Shown one piece after another: positions 1 to 10,375 of a stretch of 64,000 nucleotides of DNA. Origin of the DNA: Candidatus Bipolaricaulota bacterium (GTDB lineage Bacteria > Bipolaricaulota > Bipolaricaulia > UBA7950 > UBA9294); contig JBFMGK010000043.1 in the NCBI GenBank assembly GCA_040752575.1, forward strand, positions 23,142 through 87,141, in the 5' to 3' direction. The position numbers were made by a program, and so were the translations under genes. The notes under the pieces were generated by a model. That model did no database searches. It was not told where the DNA came from and worked only from the letters and a program-made list of their open reading frames with translations. Each line of letters starts with the position of its first letter. The stretch's first letter is position 1.

Positions 1-281
1 CTGGCATCGGCGAAGAGCGCCGTGTAGCGATCCCTCGGCAGAAGAGCGTTCACGCCATCGAAGAAGCCGGCCTCCGCCGGCATGCCGGCAAGGTAGCAGG
101 CATCCCCCGCGAGAACGCAAGCCGCCCGGGGCCGCTCCCGAGAGTCTACGTACGCCGTTCCCGCCGCGTCTCCCTGAAAGATGGCGCCAAGATGCAACTG
201 CGGAGGTCGCAGCGCCGAGAACATCTCCTGAAGGATAGCGGATGACTGCGTGTCGATCTGAACGAAAAGATCCAGCTTCAC
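1..281 (-). CDS. Probable GNAT-family acetyltransferase, N-terminal part (runs off window start)
   Basis: Manually translated, not in the ORF track. GTG at 281 after a GGAGG RBS; open frame MKLDLFVQID...GTAYVDSRERPRAACVLAGDACYLAG resembles GNAT_acetyltran N-termini. Confidence 0.5.
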   Translation of the reverse strand, partial: MKLDLFVQIDTQSSAILQEMFSALRPPQLHLGAIFQGDAAGTAYVDSRERPRAACVLAGDACYLAGMPAEAGFFDGVNALLPRDRYTALFADA

Positions 282-805
282 GAGGAACCTCCCGGTCTGT
301 TGACGCACACGGCGCAGGACATCACGCCTGCAAAAGAAGTCCTCGGAGAGACAAGGCAAGCGAGCCGCGCGCACGCGGCAGACGCAAACCTCGCTAGATG
401 ATCCAGCACCCAACCCCTCGAGGACCCTTCCGGCATCCCGTGCGAGGGGCCGGCGGACGTCACCGCCGGGCTGAACCGGAGAGCGGCTTCAGGCCGCTAC
501 TCCATCCCAACCAGGGGTGACGCCGCCGACGCCTCAGGCATGTGCATGCGACCACCCCCTTTGTCTGTGGACTCGCCCCGAAGGGCGGCAAGTCATCCTA
601 GCGGCAATCGTTGCGGCGGACAAGCCTCACGGGGTGCCAGGCCTCCGACTTGTGCACCGCGTCGGATGGCCCTCAGGCTGCCGCGCTGCACACGGCTCAT
701 CGGCCACAGCCAACGCGGAGGCCACGATCGGACCACGTCCCGCGCTTGACGCTCCGACAGCGGATCGCGATGCTCGGCGTCGATGCGAGCCGAAGGGAGA
801 CGCTG

Positions 806-1597
806 ATGAGGATCGTCGATCTGACCGACGAACATGTGCCGCTGTACTGCGTGTGTCTTGAGGACTGGTCCGAAGAGATGAAGGAGGCCGGCACGCGCAA
901 GCTGGACTGGACCACGGCGATGCGCAGCCGCGGACTGCGCGTCAAGCTCGCGCTCGACGACGCGGGCGTCGTTGGCGGGATGATCCATTACGTGCCGATC
1001 GAGCAGTCGTTCGCTTCCGGGAAAGGCCTCTACTTCATCCTCTGCATCTGGGTCCACGGCTACAAGCAGGGCCGCGGCAACTTCCGCAAGCGCGGAATGG
1101 GGAAGGCCCTTCTCGCCGCAGCGGAGGACGACGCGCGCGCTCTCGGAGCCCAAGGCATCGCAGCGTGGGGGCTTGCTCTGCCGTTCTGGATGAAGGCCTC
1201 GTGGTTCCGCAAGCACGGCTTCCGCGTCGCGGATCGGGACGGCATGCGCCATCTTCTCTGGAAGCCGTTCGCCCCAGACGCCGAAGCACCGCGCTGGGTG
1301 AAACCGAGAAAGACGCCGTCTGCTGTTCCGGGGAAGGTCTCGGTCGTCTCGTTCGTGAACGGCTGGTGCCCGGCACAGAACATCGCATGCGAGCGCGCCC
1401 GTCGCGCCGCGGCGGCCTGCGGCGAGGGCGTCGAGTTCACCGTGATCGACACGTCGGACCGCGCAGCTTTCGAGGAGTGGGGCATGACGGACGCCCTGTT
1501 CATCGATGGGAAGGCCGTGCGGTTCGGGCCGCCTCCGGCGTTCGACGCGCTCCGCAAGCGAATCGCGAAGCGCGCCGCGCGGCTCCACTCTCGCTAG
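806..1597 (+). CDS. GNAT acetyltransferase (YoaP-like) with C-terminal thioredoxin-like segment
   Basis: RBS GGGAGA then MRIVDLT; acetyl-CoA motif RKRGMGKALL; C-terminal NGWCP motif. Confidence 0.75.
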   Translation: MRIVDLTDEHVPLYCVCLEDWSEEMKEAGTRKLDWTTAMRSRGLRVKLALDDAGVVGGMIHYVPIEQSFASGKGLYFILCIWVHGYKQGRGNFRKRGMGKALLAAAEDDARALGAQGIAAWGLALPFWMKASWFRKHGFRVADRDGMRHLLWKPFAPDAEAPRWVKPRKTPSAVPGKVSVVSFVNGWCPAQNIACERARRAAAACGEGVEFTVIDTSDRAAFEEWGMTDALFIDGKAVRFGPPPAFDALRKRIAKRAARLHSR

Positions 1598-2886
1598 TCC
1601 CGGCGGGTCAACTTCGGCCGCCGACCGAGCCTCAGGGCCGCTTGCAGACCGCGGATCGCCGCCGGCCGCTCTCCGAGTTCAACCCGCTCGGCGCCGAGGT
1701 AGCGCGCGAACTCGGCCGTGCAGGTGGCCAGTGCGTCCTTTGTCGCTTCGTCCGGACGAAAACCGGGCTCCCACCACCAGCCCTCAATGCGCAGAACCTT
1801 CGCCTTCTTGTCGAACACGGGCTCGACGCGCGCGACGAATCGGTCGCCGCACAAGACGGGAAGGACGTAGTAGCCGTATTCGCGCTTCTCCTTGGGCTTG
1901 TAGATCTCCCAGCAGTAATCGAAGCCGAACACCTGTCGCAAGAGGTCCCGATCCCACGCCACATTGTCGAGCGCCGCAACGAAGGCAGCATGCACCGGCT
2001 CGATGCGCCGCTCTCCAGCCGCCTCAAGGGCCGGGCCGTCGGAAGCTCGGACGAAGAACAGACGACGGGCCACCCCATCGACGGCGAGCGGGACGAGGTC
2101 GCCGCGGTCGGCCAAGCGCCGCAGGACGGCCGAGCGCGCGGCCGTGCCCTTGACGCCCATGATGCCCCACCAGTATTCGGGGGCGCCCGTCGCCGGCGCG
2201 AGCCCCAGGCTGCCGATGCGCCGCACCACATGCCAGTCCTGGTAGTCCTCGTCCCGCGGATGCGGGTCCGGCGCGCCAAGGATCTCCGGCGGGAGAATCC
2301 TCTCGGCAAGGTCGAAGTAGCGCTCGCTGCGAACGCGATGATGGGTCAGGACAACGCCCATCGCCGAGAGGACTTCGAGCGACGCGCCGACGAGGCGCTT
2401 CTTCCGCCCCCACCACCAGTCGACGGACGCGTCGTGCTCGATGTCGCGCGACGAGAGCGGACCGCGTCTTCGGATCTCGTCGAGCACGTAGGGTGCGATC
2501 TGCATCTCGAGCTTCTCAGCACCGCCGTGCTGCTGGGCCATAAGGACGCGGTGCCGCGCGAAGTGCGGCCAGTCTTCGCGCAGCGCGATCGCCGCCATCT
2601 TGTCCCAGACGACGAGCGCCTTGTGGTCGAGGTGCATGAAGCGATCGAGCATCTCGGGTCTGTAGCCGACAATGCGCGACTGAAGGACAAGGTTGGGATT
2701 CCGTCCGACGATGTCAATCGGGTCATACTGGATGCAGCCAAGATGCCGGAGAAGGCGCGCGATCGCGCCGCGCGCCAGAACGGAGCGTGGCGGCAGAAGC
2801 CGCTGGTGCGAGAGCAAGAAACGCCGCGCGTGCGCGGGTTCGAGCGTTTGCTGGGGCGGAGGAAGAAGGCGGGCGGCCATGGCCAT
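1594..2886 (-). CDS. YcaQ/AlkZ (HTH_42) family DNA crosslink-repair glycosylase
   Basis: IQYDPID (QxD motif), LDNVAWDR, FGFDYCWEIYKP..KREYGYYVLPVL are YcaQ hallmarks. Start approximate. Confidence 0.88.
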   Translation of the reverse strand: MAMAARLLPPPQQTLEPAHARRFLLSHQRLLPPRSVLARGAIARLLRHLGCIQYDPIDIVGRNPNLVLQSRIVGYRPEMLDRFMHLDHKALVVWDKMAAIALREDWPHFARHRVLMAQQHGGAEKLEMQIAPYVLDEIRRRGPLSSRDIEHDASVDWWWGRKKRLVGASLEVLSAMGVVLTHHRVRSERYFDLAERILPPEILGAPDPHPRDEDYQDWHVVRRIGSLGLAPATGAPEYWWGIMGVKGTAARSAVLRRLADRGDLVPLAVDGVARRLFFVRASDGPALEAAGERRIEPVHAAFVAALDNVAWDRDLLRQVFGFDYCWEIYKPKEKREYGYYVLPVLCGDRFVARVEPVFDKKAKVLRIEGWWWEPGFRPDEATKDALATCTAEFARYLGAERVELGERPAAIRGLQAALRLGRRPKLTRRD

Positions 2887-2951
2887 CCGGCCGAGCGTAC
2901 CGCGACGACCCGGACCGGTCCACACGCCGGGCGACGGTCAGAACCGCGGCC

Positions 2952-3428
2952 CTATCCGGATGCCTTCACTGAGCCGGCAAACCGATCGAGCGAGGCGCCG
3001 AGTTCGCGGGAGCGCAACGCGCCGCGGTCCAGCGCGAGGTTTGCCACGGACTTCGCGCCCATGGTCGCCTCCATCTCCTCGAAGGCGCCCGCGCGCGGTG
3101 CGCCTCCGCTGGTGACGAAGCACGCCGCCTTGCGCACCGCTCCTTCGGCCTGTCTCAGATAGGTCAACACGGGGGGCGCGGCGCGTCCTCCCCACACGGG
3201 AGCCCCAACCACCACGATGTCGTAGTCGCTCGCCGTTTTCTGCGGCGCTTCGATGGCGAACTCCGCGCCGCGAAGCGCATCGGCAAGACTCCGCCAAAGT
3301 CCGAAGAACCCCTCGTACGACCTCTTGGTCCGGATCTCCTCGACGTCCGCGCCGAGGCGTTGCGCGATCTGGCCCCCGATGTCCCGGGTGCGGCCGCTCC
3401 GCGAGTAGAACACGACCAACGTCTTCAT
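2952..3428 (-). CDS. Flavodoxin-like protein
   Basis: MKTLVVFYSRSGRT FMN-binding loop; YDIVVVGAPVW; RBS GGAGG. Confidence 0.88.
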   Translation of the reverse strand: MKTLVVFYSRSGRTRDIGGQIAQRLGADVEEIRTKRSYEGFFGLWRSLADALRGAEFAIEAPQKTASDYDIVVVGAPVWGGRAAPPVLTYLRQAEGAVRKAACFVTSGGAPRAGAFEEMEATMGAKSVANLALDRGALRSRELGASLDRFAGSVKASG

Positions 3429-3799
3429 GGCATCCACCTCCGACTCTGCGACAAGGATAGCCGAGATGCTCTTCGCCTTGCGCTGGCGCTCGTGCCCTGA
3501 GCCGCGGAGAATGGACGATATGGATGGCAAGAAGGCAGTCAAGATGTGTGGGGAGTGCCCAACGTGCCGCTTGACGCGGGCCGCATCGGAAGTGACGCTA
3601 CGCTATCGGATTTCGCGATTCATCCAGCGCCGCACCTGCCCGTTCTGTCGGGCAGCGAATCGCGAACTCGGTCGCGATTTCCAGAAGAGCCCGAAGCTGG
3701 ACGAGTAACGTGCGCCCTCGCACCGAAGCAGTGCGCCGGACAGGCTTCGAGCCCTGACGAGACAGCGTGTTGACGCGCTGACTCTGTCTTCCGTTCCTC

Positions 3800-5115
3800 G
3801 ATCTCCGCAGGCCACCGATCGACGTGTACACCCATCGGGTCGAGAGGGTCGAAGCATGTCGCTCCTGAAGAGAGGAGCGTCCTCTCCTCGAAGAGAACCT
3901 CGACCCAAGCACCCTCCGCGAGACCGGGAAATGTCAGTCTGACTTCGTGCGCACTGGTTTCGACCCATTCGCCACGAGAAGGGCGTAATAGCCATCGTGA
4001 TCGCAGAGCCTGTGATGGATCGGCAGGTAGCCATAGCGGTCCGGCGCGACAGGGGTCTCGGTGCGAACATTGACGGCGGCGATCCTCGGCGGAGCCATGA
4101 TGGCCTGGCTCAACTGCTCGATTTCGGCGTTCAGCTCAGCGGTGGAGGCGCACATGGACGGGTCGTCGTGCAGTCCGGAGCCTGGCCCGTACGCCGGGGC
4201 GTCGCGGGCGGACGTGCCGTAGCAGAACGACCACTCGCCCTTGGCGCCGTGGAGGATCGCCCGGTAGACCATGAGCCGGAGTTGCTCCCGCGTTGGCATT
4301 CTCCAGCCACCGAACTGAAACGCCTCGATGACGACCTGGGGCGAGGCGCGGCGGCTCTCCGCTTCCAACGCACGGCAGAGATCATCCATCCATCTCGCAA
4401 CAGTCGTCAGCGGCGCATCAAAGGGATTGGGGGGAGGAGATGAAGTCAGCGGATAGCAGTCCACGGCCACAACATCGGGGAAGACCAGCGCAGGAACTGG
4501 GTGAGCCTGGACGCGCTGTCGGCGTTCCGAAAGTTGGCCGCGTACAGACACGTCATGTCGGGATGGTCCGGGTCAGCGTCGTTGAGATACGCATCCGCGG
4601 CGCGAAGGTTGGTGTAGTAAGGCTCGACCGGAGGTTCGTTGCTACGAGGTTCACCCTCAAGGTACCACATCCGCATCGCGGGAGGGTGCTTGGGCGACAT
4701 GGAATCGTCGGGGCCGTCGCGTAGAGACGTCCATCGAGCGCCTCGCGCAGGGTGGGCTCCCAGGGACCGTACTCACCGTTCCACCAGGCGAAGCCCGAGG
4801 AGAGCACAATCCAAAAACCCAGAGGCCGTTACGGTGCGCCTCGTTGAGGAACGTCCTGTCGTGAGGATGGGACACGGGCTGGATCTCATCCACGACGTTG
4901 AACCCGTGGGCCTTCACGTCGGCCATGTCCCAGAAAGGAACCAGGTACAGCCCGATGGGAAAGAAGGGCTCTCCGTTGACCTGCATGCAGCCCCTCGCAT
5001 CGATCGAGGCCACCGTCGCCAGGCGCTGTGGGGTCTGGACACCCATCACCCCAGGCACGAGAAGACAACCGAGGAGAACCGCCAACGACGTCACACCGGA
5101 GCGTCCAGCGTCCAT
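3800..5115 (-). pseudogene. Frameshifted secreted glycoside-hydrolase-like (TIM-barrel) gene
   Basis: Signal peptide + VNGEPFFPIGLY, then WYLEGEP, DVVAVDCYP, PTREQLRLMVYRAILHGAKG and VEVLFEERTL..PMGVHV lie in five successive frame segments. 3' end approximate. Confidence 0.7.
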
Positions 5116-5353
5116 GTCGCCCCTGCCATTCCCCCATCCCTTGTCGTGCCTCGGAGTCCGTGATCGCGAGGACCTCGGAACGCACGTGGGGCGGATTCTT
5201 CACTCTAGGACGTACGATCAGCTCGCAGCAAAGTCTCGTCGTAGTCTCCGGCCTCTTCCCCGACCGGCGCGAGTGGATGCGTTCGCCCCGCTCGAGCAGA
5301 ATGGCAAGACATGGTTCCAGGGGTTTGTCGGACAGCGGCAAGGAGCGGACGAG

Positions 5354-6187
5354 GTGGCGGAACTACGCAAGGTCATCGGGCGCGGGCGGACGGCTGAGAT
5401 CCTCGCGTGGGGCGACGGTCGCGTCCTGAAGCTCTACGTTGCAGAGAGCCATCGGGACTACGTGCGCCGCGAGGCGACGACGTCGCGCCGAGTTCATCAG
5501 CTTGGGCTCCCCGCTCCCGCCGTGTACGACGCGGAGACACCCGACGGGCTTCACGAGGTCGACGGACGCCTTGGGATCCTGTACGAGAGGATCGACGGTC
5601 CAACGATGATGCGCGACCTGGGCTCCCGTCCGTGGACGTTCGCCGCGCACTCCCGGAAGTTGGCTCGCCTGCACGCCCAGATCCACGCGGCGCCGGGCGA
5701 GGGCCTGCCCTTGATGCGCCCGAGGATCGAGCGCTCCATCGAGCGCGCCGGCGGACTTGTGAGTCCCGCGGCCCTCCGGGCAGCGCGCGATCGTCTCTCG
5801 TCGTTGCCCGACGTTCGGCAGGTGTGTCACGGGGACTTCCACCCCGACAATGTCATCCTCGGTGCGCGAGGACTGGCCGTCGTCGACTGGGGACCTGCGT
5901 CGGCGGGCCATCCCCTGGCTGATGTCGCGTGGACGTACCTTCTCTACCGGTTCGCGGGTGTGCCGCCGGGCACACCTGCCTGGCTGCGGCGGGTCATCTC
6001 GCTGGTGCGTCGCGGCTCGTTGCGCGTCTACCTGCAGACGTATTTCGCGCAGACCGGAAGTACGTGGGCGGACCTCAAACCATGGCTCGGCGTCGTGGCG
6101 GTTCTGCGCCTGGGAGACAAGATCCCCGAAGAGCGCGACCGGCTCGTTCGGTTCATCGAGCGCGAATTCCGGGGACATAGTACTTAA
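5354..6187 (+). CDS. Aminoglycoside phosphotransferase (APH)/kinase-like protein
   Basis: IGRGRTAEI, VLKLY, CHGDFHPDNV, VVDW motifs; GTG start after AAGGAG. Confidence 0.88.
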   Translation: MAELRKVIGRGRTAEILAWGDGRVLKLYVAESHRDYVRREATTSRRVHQLGLPAPAVYDAETPDGLHEVDGRLGILYERIDGPTMMRDLGSRPWTFAAHSRKLARLHAQIHAAPGEGLPLMRPRIERSIERAGGLVSPAALRAARDRLSSLPDVRQVCHGDFHPDNVILGARGLAVVDWGPASAGHPLADVAWTYLLYRFAGVPPGTPAWLRRVISLVRRGSLRVYLQTYFAQTGSTWADLKPWLGVVAVLRLGDKIPEERDRLVRFIEREFRGHST

Positions 6188-6266
6188 TTCAGGACGATTC
6201 CGGGGACATAGTACGTAATCCGCGTTCCAGTACCTTGGGATTAGGTACTATGTCCCCGGAATCGTC
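6165..6266. repeat. REP-like repeat cluster, family A (ATTCCGGGGACATAGTACnTAAT)
   Basis: Copies at 6165-6190 and 6193-6221 (+) and 6238-6266 (-). The last two form a 29-bp inverted repeat with one mismatch. Confidence 0.85.
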
Positions 6267-6394
6267 TTCCCGCAATCGTCCGAGTGGGGCCGTTTCGCTG
6301 CGGTCTTGCTAGAATGGTGTCGTTCGCGCGATGCGGTGCTGGACGTAGCTCGGCGGAGGAGTCTCGGCGTCGGCTGGATTGTCCAGAGGAAGGG

Positions 6395-7702
6395 GTGAGT
6401 GCAGTGAAGGGTCGGCAGAAGTGCTGTGCCGTCGGGATTGCGGTTCTTGTGCTCGGATTCTCCGGCTGCGGGTGGCCTTGGCCGGAGGTGCCTAGCGACG
6501 ATTCGCTCGTCCAGTCGAGGATGGATCGGGATCTCGATCCCGACGTGAGTGCAAGCCAAGCGGGAATCCTTGCGGAGGGCAACGCGGCGTTCGCCTTCAA
6601 CCTGTACTCGAGAGTCGCGAAAGATGACGGCAACGTCATCTTCTCTCCCTTCAGCCTGTCGCTGGCCCTCGCGATGACGTCGGCCGGAGCCCGCGATGCT
6701 ACGCTCACTCAGATGGAAGCGGCCCTCCAATTCCGTCTTCCGCAGATTGTGCTGCACAAGGCGTTCAACGCAGTCGACCTTGCCCTGGCGTCGCGGAACG
6801 AACTCGCAGCTCCTTACGAGGGAGAGGGGTTCGAGTTGATCATCGCCAACTCGCTATGGGGGCAACGCGGGCTTCCGTTCCTAGAGACCTTTCTGGACAC
6901 ACTCGCAGCCAACTACGGCGCCGGACTACGGCTCGCCGACTTCTCGGCGGATCCGGAAGAGGCTCGCTTCAGGATTAACAACTGGGTCAGCGGCATGACT
7001 CGCGGGAAGATCGAGGACCTCGTGCCGCAAGGCGCAGTGGACAAGCTTACGCGTCTTGTCCTGGCCAACGCCGTCTACTTCCGAGCTCCGTGGCTCGATC
7101 CCTTCGACCAGCAGGACACGAGCTCCGAGACCTTCCTTCCGCTCTCTGGCGCCCCAATCTCGGTTCCGATGATGCACAAGACGTTGACGGCGCGGTACGC
7201 GAACGTCGATCGCGTCCAGGCAATTGAACTCCCGTACAACGGGAATCAGCTCGCCATGCTCCTTCTCGTCCCCGATGCTGGGACGCTGACCTCGTTCGAG
7301 AACGCTCTCGATGACGACACGTACCGTACCATCGTGACGGGCCTCTCGACTCGCCCGGTCTATCTCGCGATGCCCAAGTTCAAGTTCGACCATGCGCTTT
7401 CGCCAACCGTCTTGCTTCAGGGTCTCGGCATGGTCGATGCGTTCGATCCTTCGTTGGCCAACTTCTCGGGCATCGACGGAGCGCGCGACCTCTACATCTC
7501 TGACGTCTTCCACAAGGCGTTCATCGCCGTGGACGAGGATGGAACCGAGGCCGCCGCGGCGACGGCCGTCGTCATCGCGCCGACGTCGGCACCCGGCAGC
7601 GCGGTGACGCTCACGGTGAACCGCCCGTTCCTCTTCGTGATCCGAGACCTGCCGACGGACACGATCCTATTCCTCGGGCGCGTCGTCGACCCGCGCGGAT
7701 AG
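6395..7702 (+). CDS. Serpin, probable lipoprotein
   Basis: NVIFSPFS, LANAVYFRAPW, hinge EDGTEAAAAT, VNRPFLFVIRD; lipobox-like FSGC. Start is 6395 or 6404. Confidence 0.95.
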   Translation: MSAVKGRQKCCAVGIAVLVLGFSGCGWPWPEVPSDDSLVQSRMDRDLDPDVSASQAGILAEGNAAFAFNLYSRVAKDDGNVIFSPFSLSLALAMTSAGARDATLTQMEAALQFRLPQIVLHKAFNAVDLALASRNELAAPYEGEGFELIIANSLWGQRGLPFLETFLDTLAANYGAGLRLADFSADPEEARFRINNWVSGMTRGKIEDLVPQGAVDKLTRLVLANAVYFRAPWLDPFDQQDTSSETFLPLSGAPISVPMMHKTLTARYANVDRVQAIELPYNGNQLAMLLLVPDAGTLTSFENALDDDTYRTIVTGLSTRPVYLAMPKFKFDHALSPTVLLQGLGMVDAFDPSLANFSGIDGARDLYISDVFHKAFIAVDEDGTEAAAATAVVIAPTSAPGSAVTLTVNRPFLFVIRDLPTDTILFLGRVVDPRG

Positions 7703-7757
7703 CGAGGCACGAATCGCCCAAGGGTGGAAACCGCTCGAGAGGGGGAAGGGAGCAGCC

Positions 7758-8276
7758 ATATCGCACGACCATCGGGCGATTCGTAGATCGCATCGAGCAT
7801 CTCACGTTCGGACCCTCTTGGCCGGGCTGGCCGGCGGGGCCGCGATGAACGCCGTGATGTTCATCACGTTCCAGATGCTGGGGTTCGGGATCGACGGCGG
7901 CGGGATCCTGATGAATCCTGCCATCCAGAGCGACAAAGTGATCCAAGTCTGGGACGTGCTTGAGCCGCTGCCGCTCGTCGTCACCAGACCGGTGCCAATT
8001 CTCGTCGGCATCTTCTTGTTCGGCATCGCCCACGCGTACTTCTACCGGTCCTTCCGACTCGCATGGCGTGCTGGGGTTGCCTGGCGCGGGCTCGCGCTTG
8101 CGTCCCTCGTCTTCGTGATGACGTTCTTGTTCTGGGAGTTCTTCACTCCGTTCAACCTGTTCGGAGAGCCGCTGCCCCTGATTGCGCTTGAACTTGCTTT
8201 CTGGACTCTGATTGCCCTTGCCGACGGCTTCGCCATCGCTGCCGTGATGGAGCGCGGTCTCTCTCGCCCTTCCTAG
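7758..8276 (+). CDS. Hypothetical multi-pass membrane protein
   Basis: About 4 hydrophobic helices. Start uncertain: ATA at 7758 or TTG at 7818. Confidence 0.7.
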   Translation: MSHDHRAIRRSHRASHVRTLLAGLAGGAAMNAVMFITFQMLGFGIDGGGILMNPAIQSDKVIQVWDVLEPLPLVVTRPVPILVGIFLFGIAHAYFYRSFRLAWRAGVAWRGLALASLVFVMTFLFWEFFTPFNLFGEPLPLIALELAFWTLIALADGFAIAAVMERGLSRPS

Positions 8277-10273
8277 CTGCGGTGCGCGGGAAGTCCGTCG
8301 CTAGCGGCCGGCGGCGTATCGACAGTCGACGGCGCAGAGCTTGGCGCGAGTCGAGTCTCGAACCAGGCGGCGATCTCCTCGAGCCGCCGCACGCGGTGCT
8401 TGGGTTTGCCGGATCGAGACAGCTCGTGGTTCTCCTCGCGAAACATCACGAGGCGCGCGTCGACACCGTGGTACCGGAGCGCGGTGAACATCTGAATCCC
8501 TTCCGGCAGCGTGCAGCGGTAATCCTGCTCGGAATGGATGAACAGGGTCGGCGTCTTCACGCGATCGGCATAGCGAAGCGGCGAGTGCCACCACAGCTTC
8601 TCCCCGGCATCCGACCACGGCGTCTCGCCGATCTGGTCGTGGTTGAAGAAGTACCCGATGTCGGTGGAGCAGAACTTGTGCACCCAGTTGGAGATGGACC
8701 GCTGGGAGACCGCGGCGCGAAAGCGGTCCGTATGCCCGATGATCCAGTTGGTCATGAAGCCGCCATAGGAGCCGCCCATCACCGCAAGTCGCGCCGGATC
8801 GAGGAAGGCGAAACGCCGCAGCGCCTCGTCGACCACCGCCATCAGGTCGTCGAAGTCGATCGTCCCGTACTTGCCGCGAAGGTCCGCGAACGCATCGCTC
8901 CGGCCGGACGAGCCGCGCGGGTTGGACACCACCACGGCGTACCCCTTGCCGGCGAGAACCTGAGTCTCGTGAAAGAAGACGCTGCTCGAAGCGGTCCGCG
9001 GACCGCCGTGGATGGAGAGCACGAGAGGAACGCGATGAGAAGGCCCGATGTCTGCAGGCGGAAAGACCCAGGCCTCGACCTCGGTCCCGTCCGACGAAGT
9101 CGCTGTGAACGGGATCGGCTCCGAGATCGCGCGCTCGTGTAGCGCATCCTGGTTCAGCGCCGTGAGGCGCGACGCGCGGGCCCCTTCGTAGAGGTAGATC
9201 TCCTGAGGTGTTCCGGGCCGCAACTCAACGGTCAGGGTTGTCCCGCCGCGAACCGCGTAGGCATCGATCGATCCCGGCGAGGCAACCATTGTCTGGACGA
9301 CGCCATCGCGAGACACCCTCACCAGCTCAACGTGCGATCGATTCGTGACGGTCACGTAGATCGCGTCGCCCTCGACCCGCAGGACCGGCCCCGCGCCATG
9401 GCGGCAGTCCGACCCAATCGAGTTGCCGATGGAGCGATCCCAGTTCGGAGTGAGCGGCGACGAAACTCCGCTCTCGAGGTTCAACAGGAAGAGCTCGCGG
9501 TTCTGCCCGAGACCGTAGGGAACGCCCGTCGTTCCCGTGAGCACGAGCGTCCTTTCGTCGCAGAACCGAACGCCGTCGCAACGCAGATCCCCGAGGCTCA
9601 CCCGATGTCGCTCGCTGCCGTCGACTCGCGTCGTCCACAGCTCGCGTTCGATCGGCGCGACTCCGGAGAACCGGCGACCGAGCAGCACCACGCGATCGCC
9701 ACGGACATCGAACGACTCGACCTCGATCTCGGGCTCGGTGAGGTCGACGGGAACGGCCGCGGCAAGATCGAACGAGAACACGTGCTTGCGGCGACGATCG
9801 GTGAACCCGGTCCCGTTCATCCAGAAAGGGATCTCTTCGAGGACTTCGTAGTCCTTGGCATCGTTGCGGGTCGGCTCGCCCGACTGGGGAAGGCGGGCGG
9901 TGTAGAGGAAGCGGCCCCCGCCGAGGGCGCGAAGCCCGTCGGCTTTGTGGGGAAGCGTCGCGATCTGCTCTGCCTCGCCTCCATCCACGCGGATCTGGAA
10001 GAGGGCCATCTTGCCCTCCACTTCTACACGGCGACTCAAGAAGAAGACCACAGGACCCTCTGGATCCCATGCGAAGTCCCCATCCTTGCCGCTCCCGGTA
10101 AGCGCGCGAACGCTCCGTCGCTCGACATCCACGAGAAACAGATTCGATGAGTACTCGTTTTTCTCTGCGTCGGCCTGCTTGACAAGGAACGCAGCGTGTT
10201 CGCCGGCGGGCGAGAGCTCGACGGACGAGAGGAATCGATACAAGAGCAGATCCGAGATCTCGACGGGCTTCAT
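8273..10273 (-). CDS. S9 family peptidase (acylaminoacyl/dipeptidyl peptidase)
   Basis: IHGGP, GGSYGG nucleophile motif, HSEQDYR, ENHELSR; N-terminal propeller; RBS AGGAGG. Confidence 0.95.
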   Translation of the reverse strand: MKPVEISDLLLYRFLSSVELSPAGEHAAFLVKQADAEKNEYSSNLFLVDVERRSVRALTGSGKDGDFAWDPEGPVVFFLSRRVEVEGKMALFQIRVDGGEAEQIATLPHKADGLRALGGGRFLYTARLPQSGEPTRNDAKDYEVLEEIPFWMNGTGFTDRRRKHVFSFDLAAAVPVDLTEPEIEVESFDVRGDRVVLLGRRFSGVAPIERELWTTRVDGSERHRVSLGDLRCDGVRFCDERTLVLTGTTGVPYGLGQNRELFLLNLESGVSSPLTPNWDRSIGNSIGSDCRHGAGPVLRVEGDAIYVTVTNRSHVELVRVSRDGVVQTMVASPGSIDAYAVRGGTTLTVELRPGTPQEIYLYEGARASRLTALNQDALHERAISEPIPFTATSSDGTEVEAWVFPPADIGPSHRVPLVLSIHGGPRTASSSVFFHETQVLAGKGYAVVVSNPRGSSGRSDAFADLRGKYGTIDFDDLMAVVDEALRRFAFLDPARLAVMGGSYGGFMTNWIIGHTDRFRAAVSQRSISNWVHKFCSTDIGYFFNHDQIGETPWSDAGEKLWWHSPLRYADRVKTPTLFIHSEQDYRCTLPEGIQMFTALRYHGVDARLVMFREENHELSRSGKPKHRVRRLEEIAAWFETRLAPSSAPSTVDTPPAASDGLPAHRS

Positions 10274-10375
10274 CGCACCTCCTGAGGACAAGCAGAGACA
10301 AGCACCAGCGCCCCCCTCGCGAAGTCTACTCCGTTGCACTGCGGCCTTCTCACGAAGCCGTACCTCGGAGTCCTT

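Noticed and set aside
1165..3162. Long antisense/shadow ORFs (also 47954-49534, 50623-52095 and others)
   Set aside because: High-GC artefacts overlapping well-supported genes.
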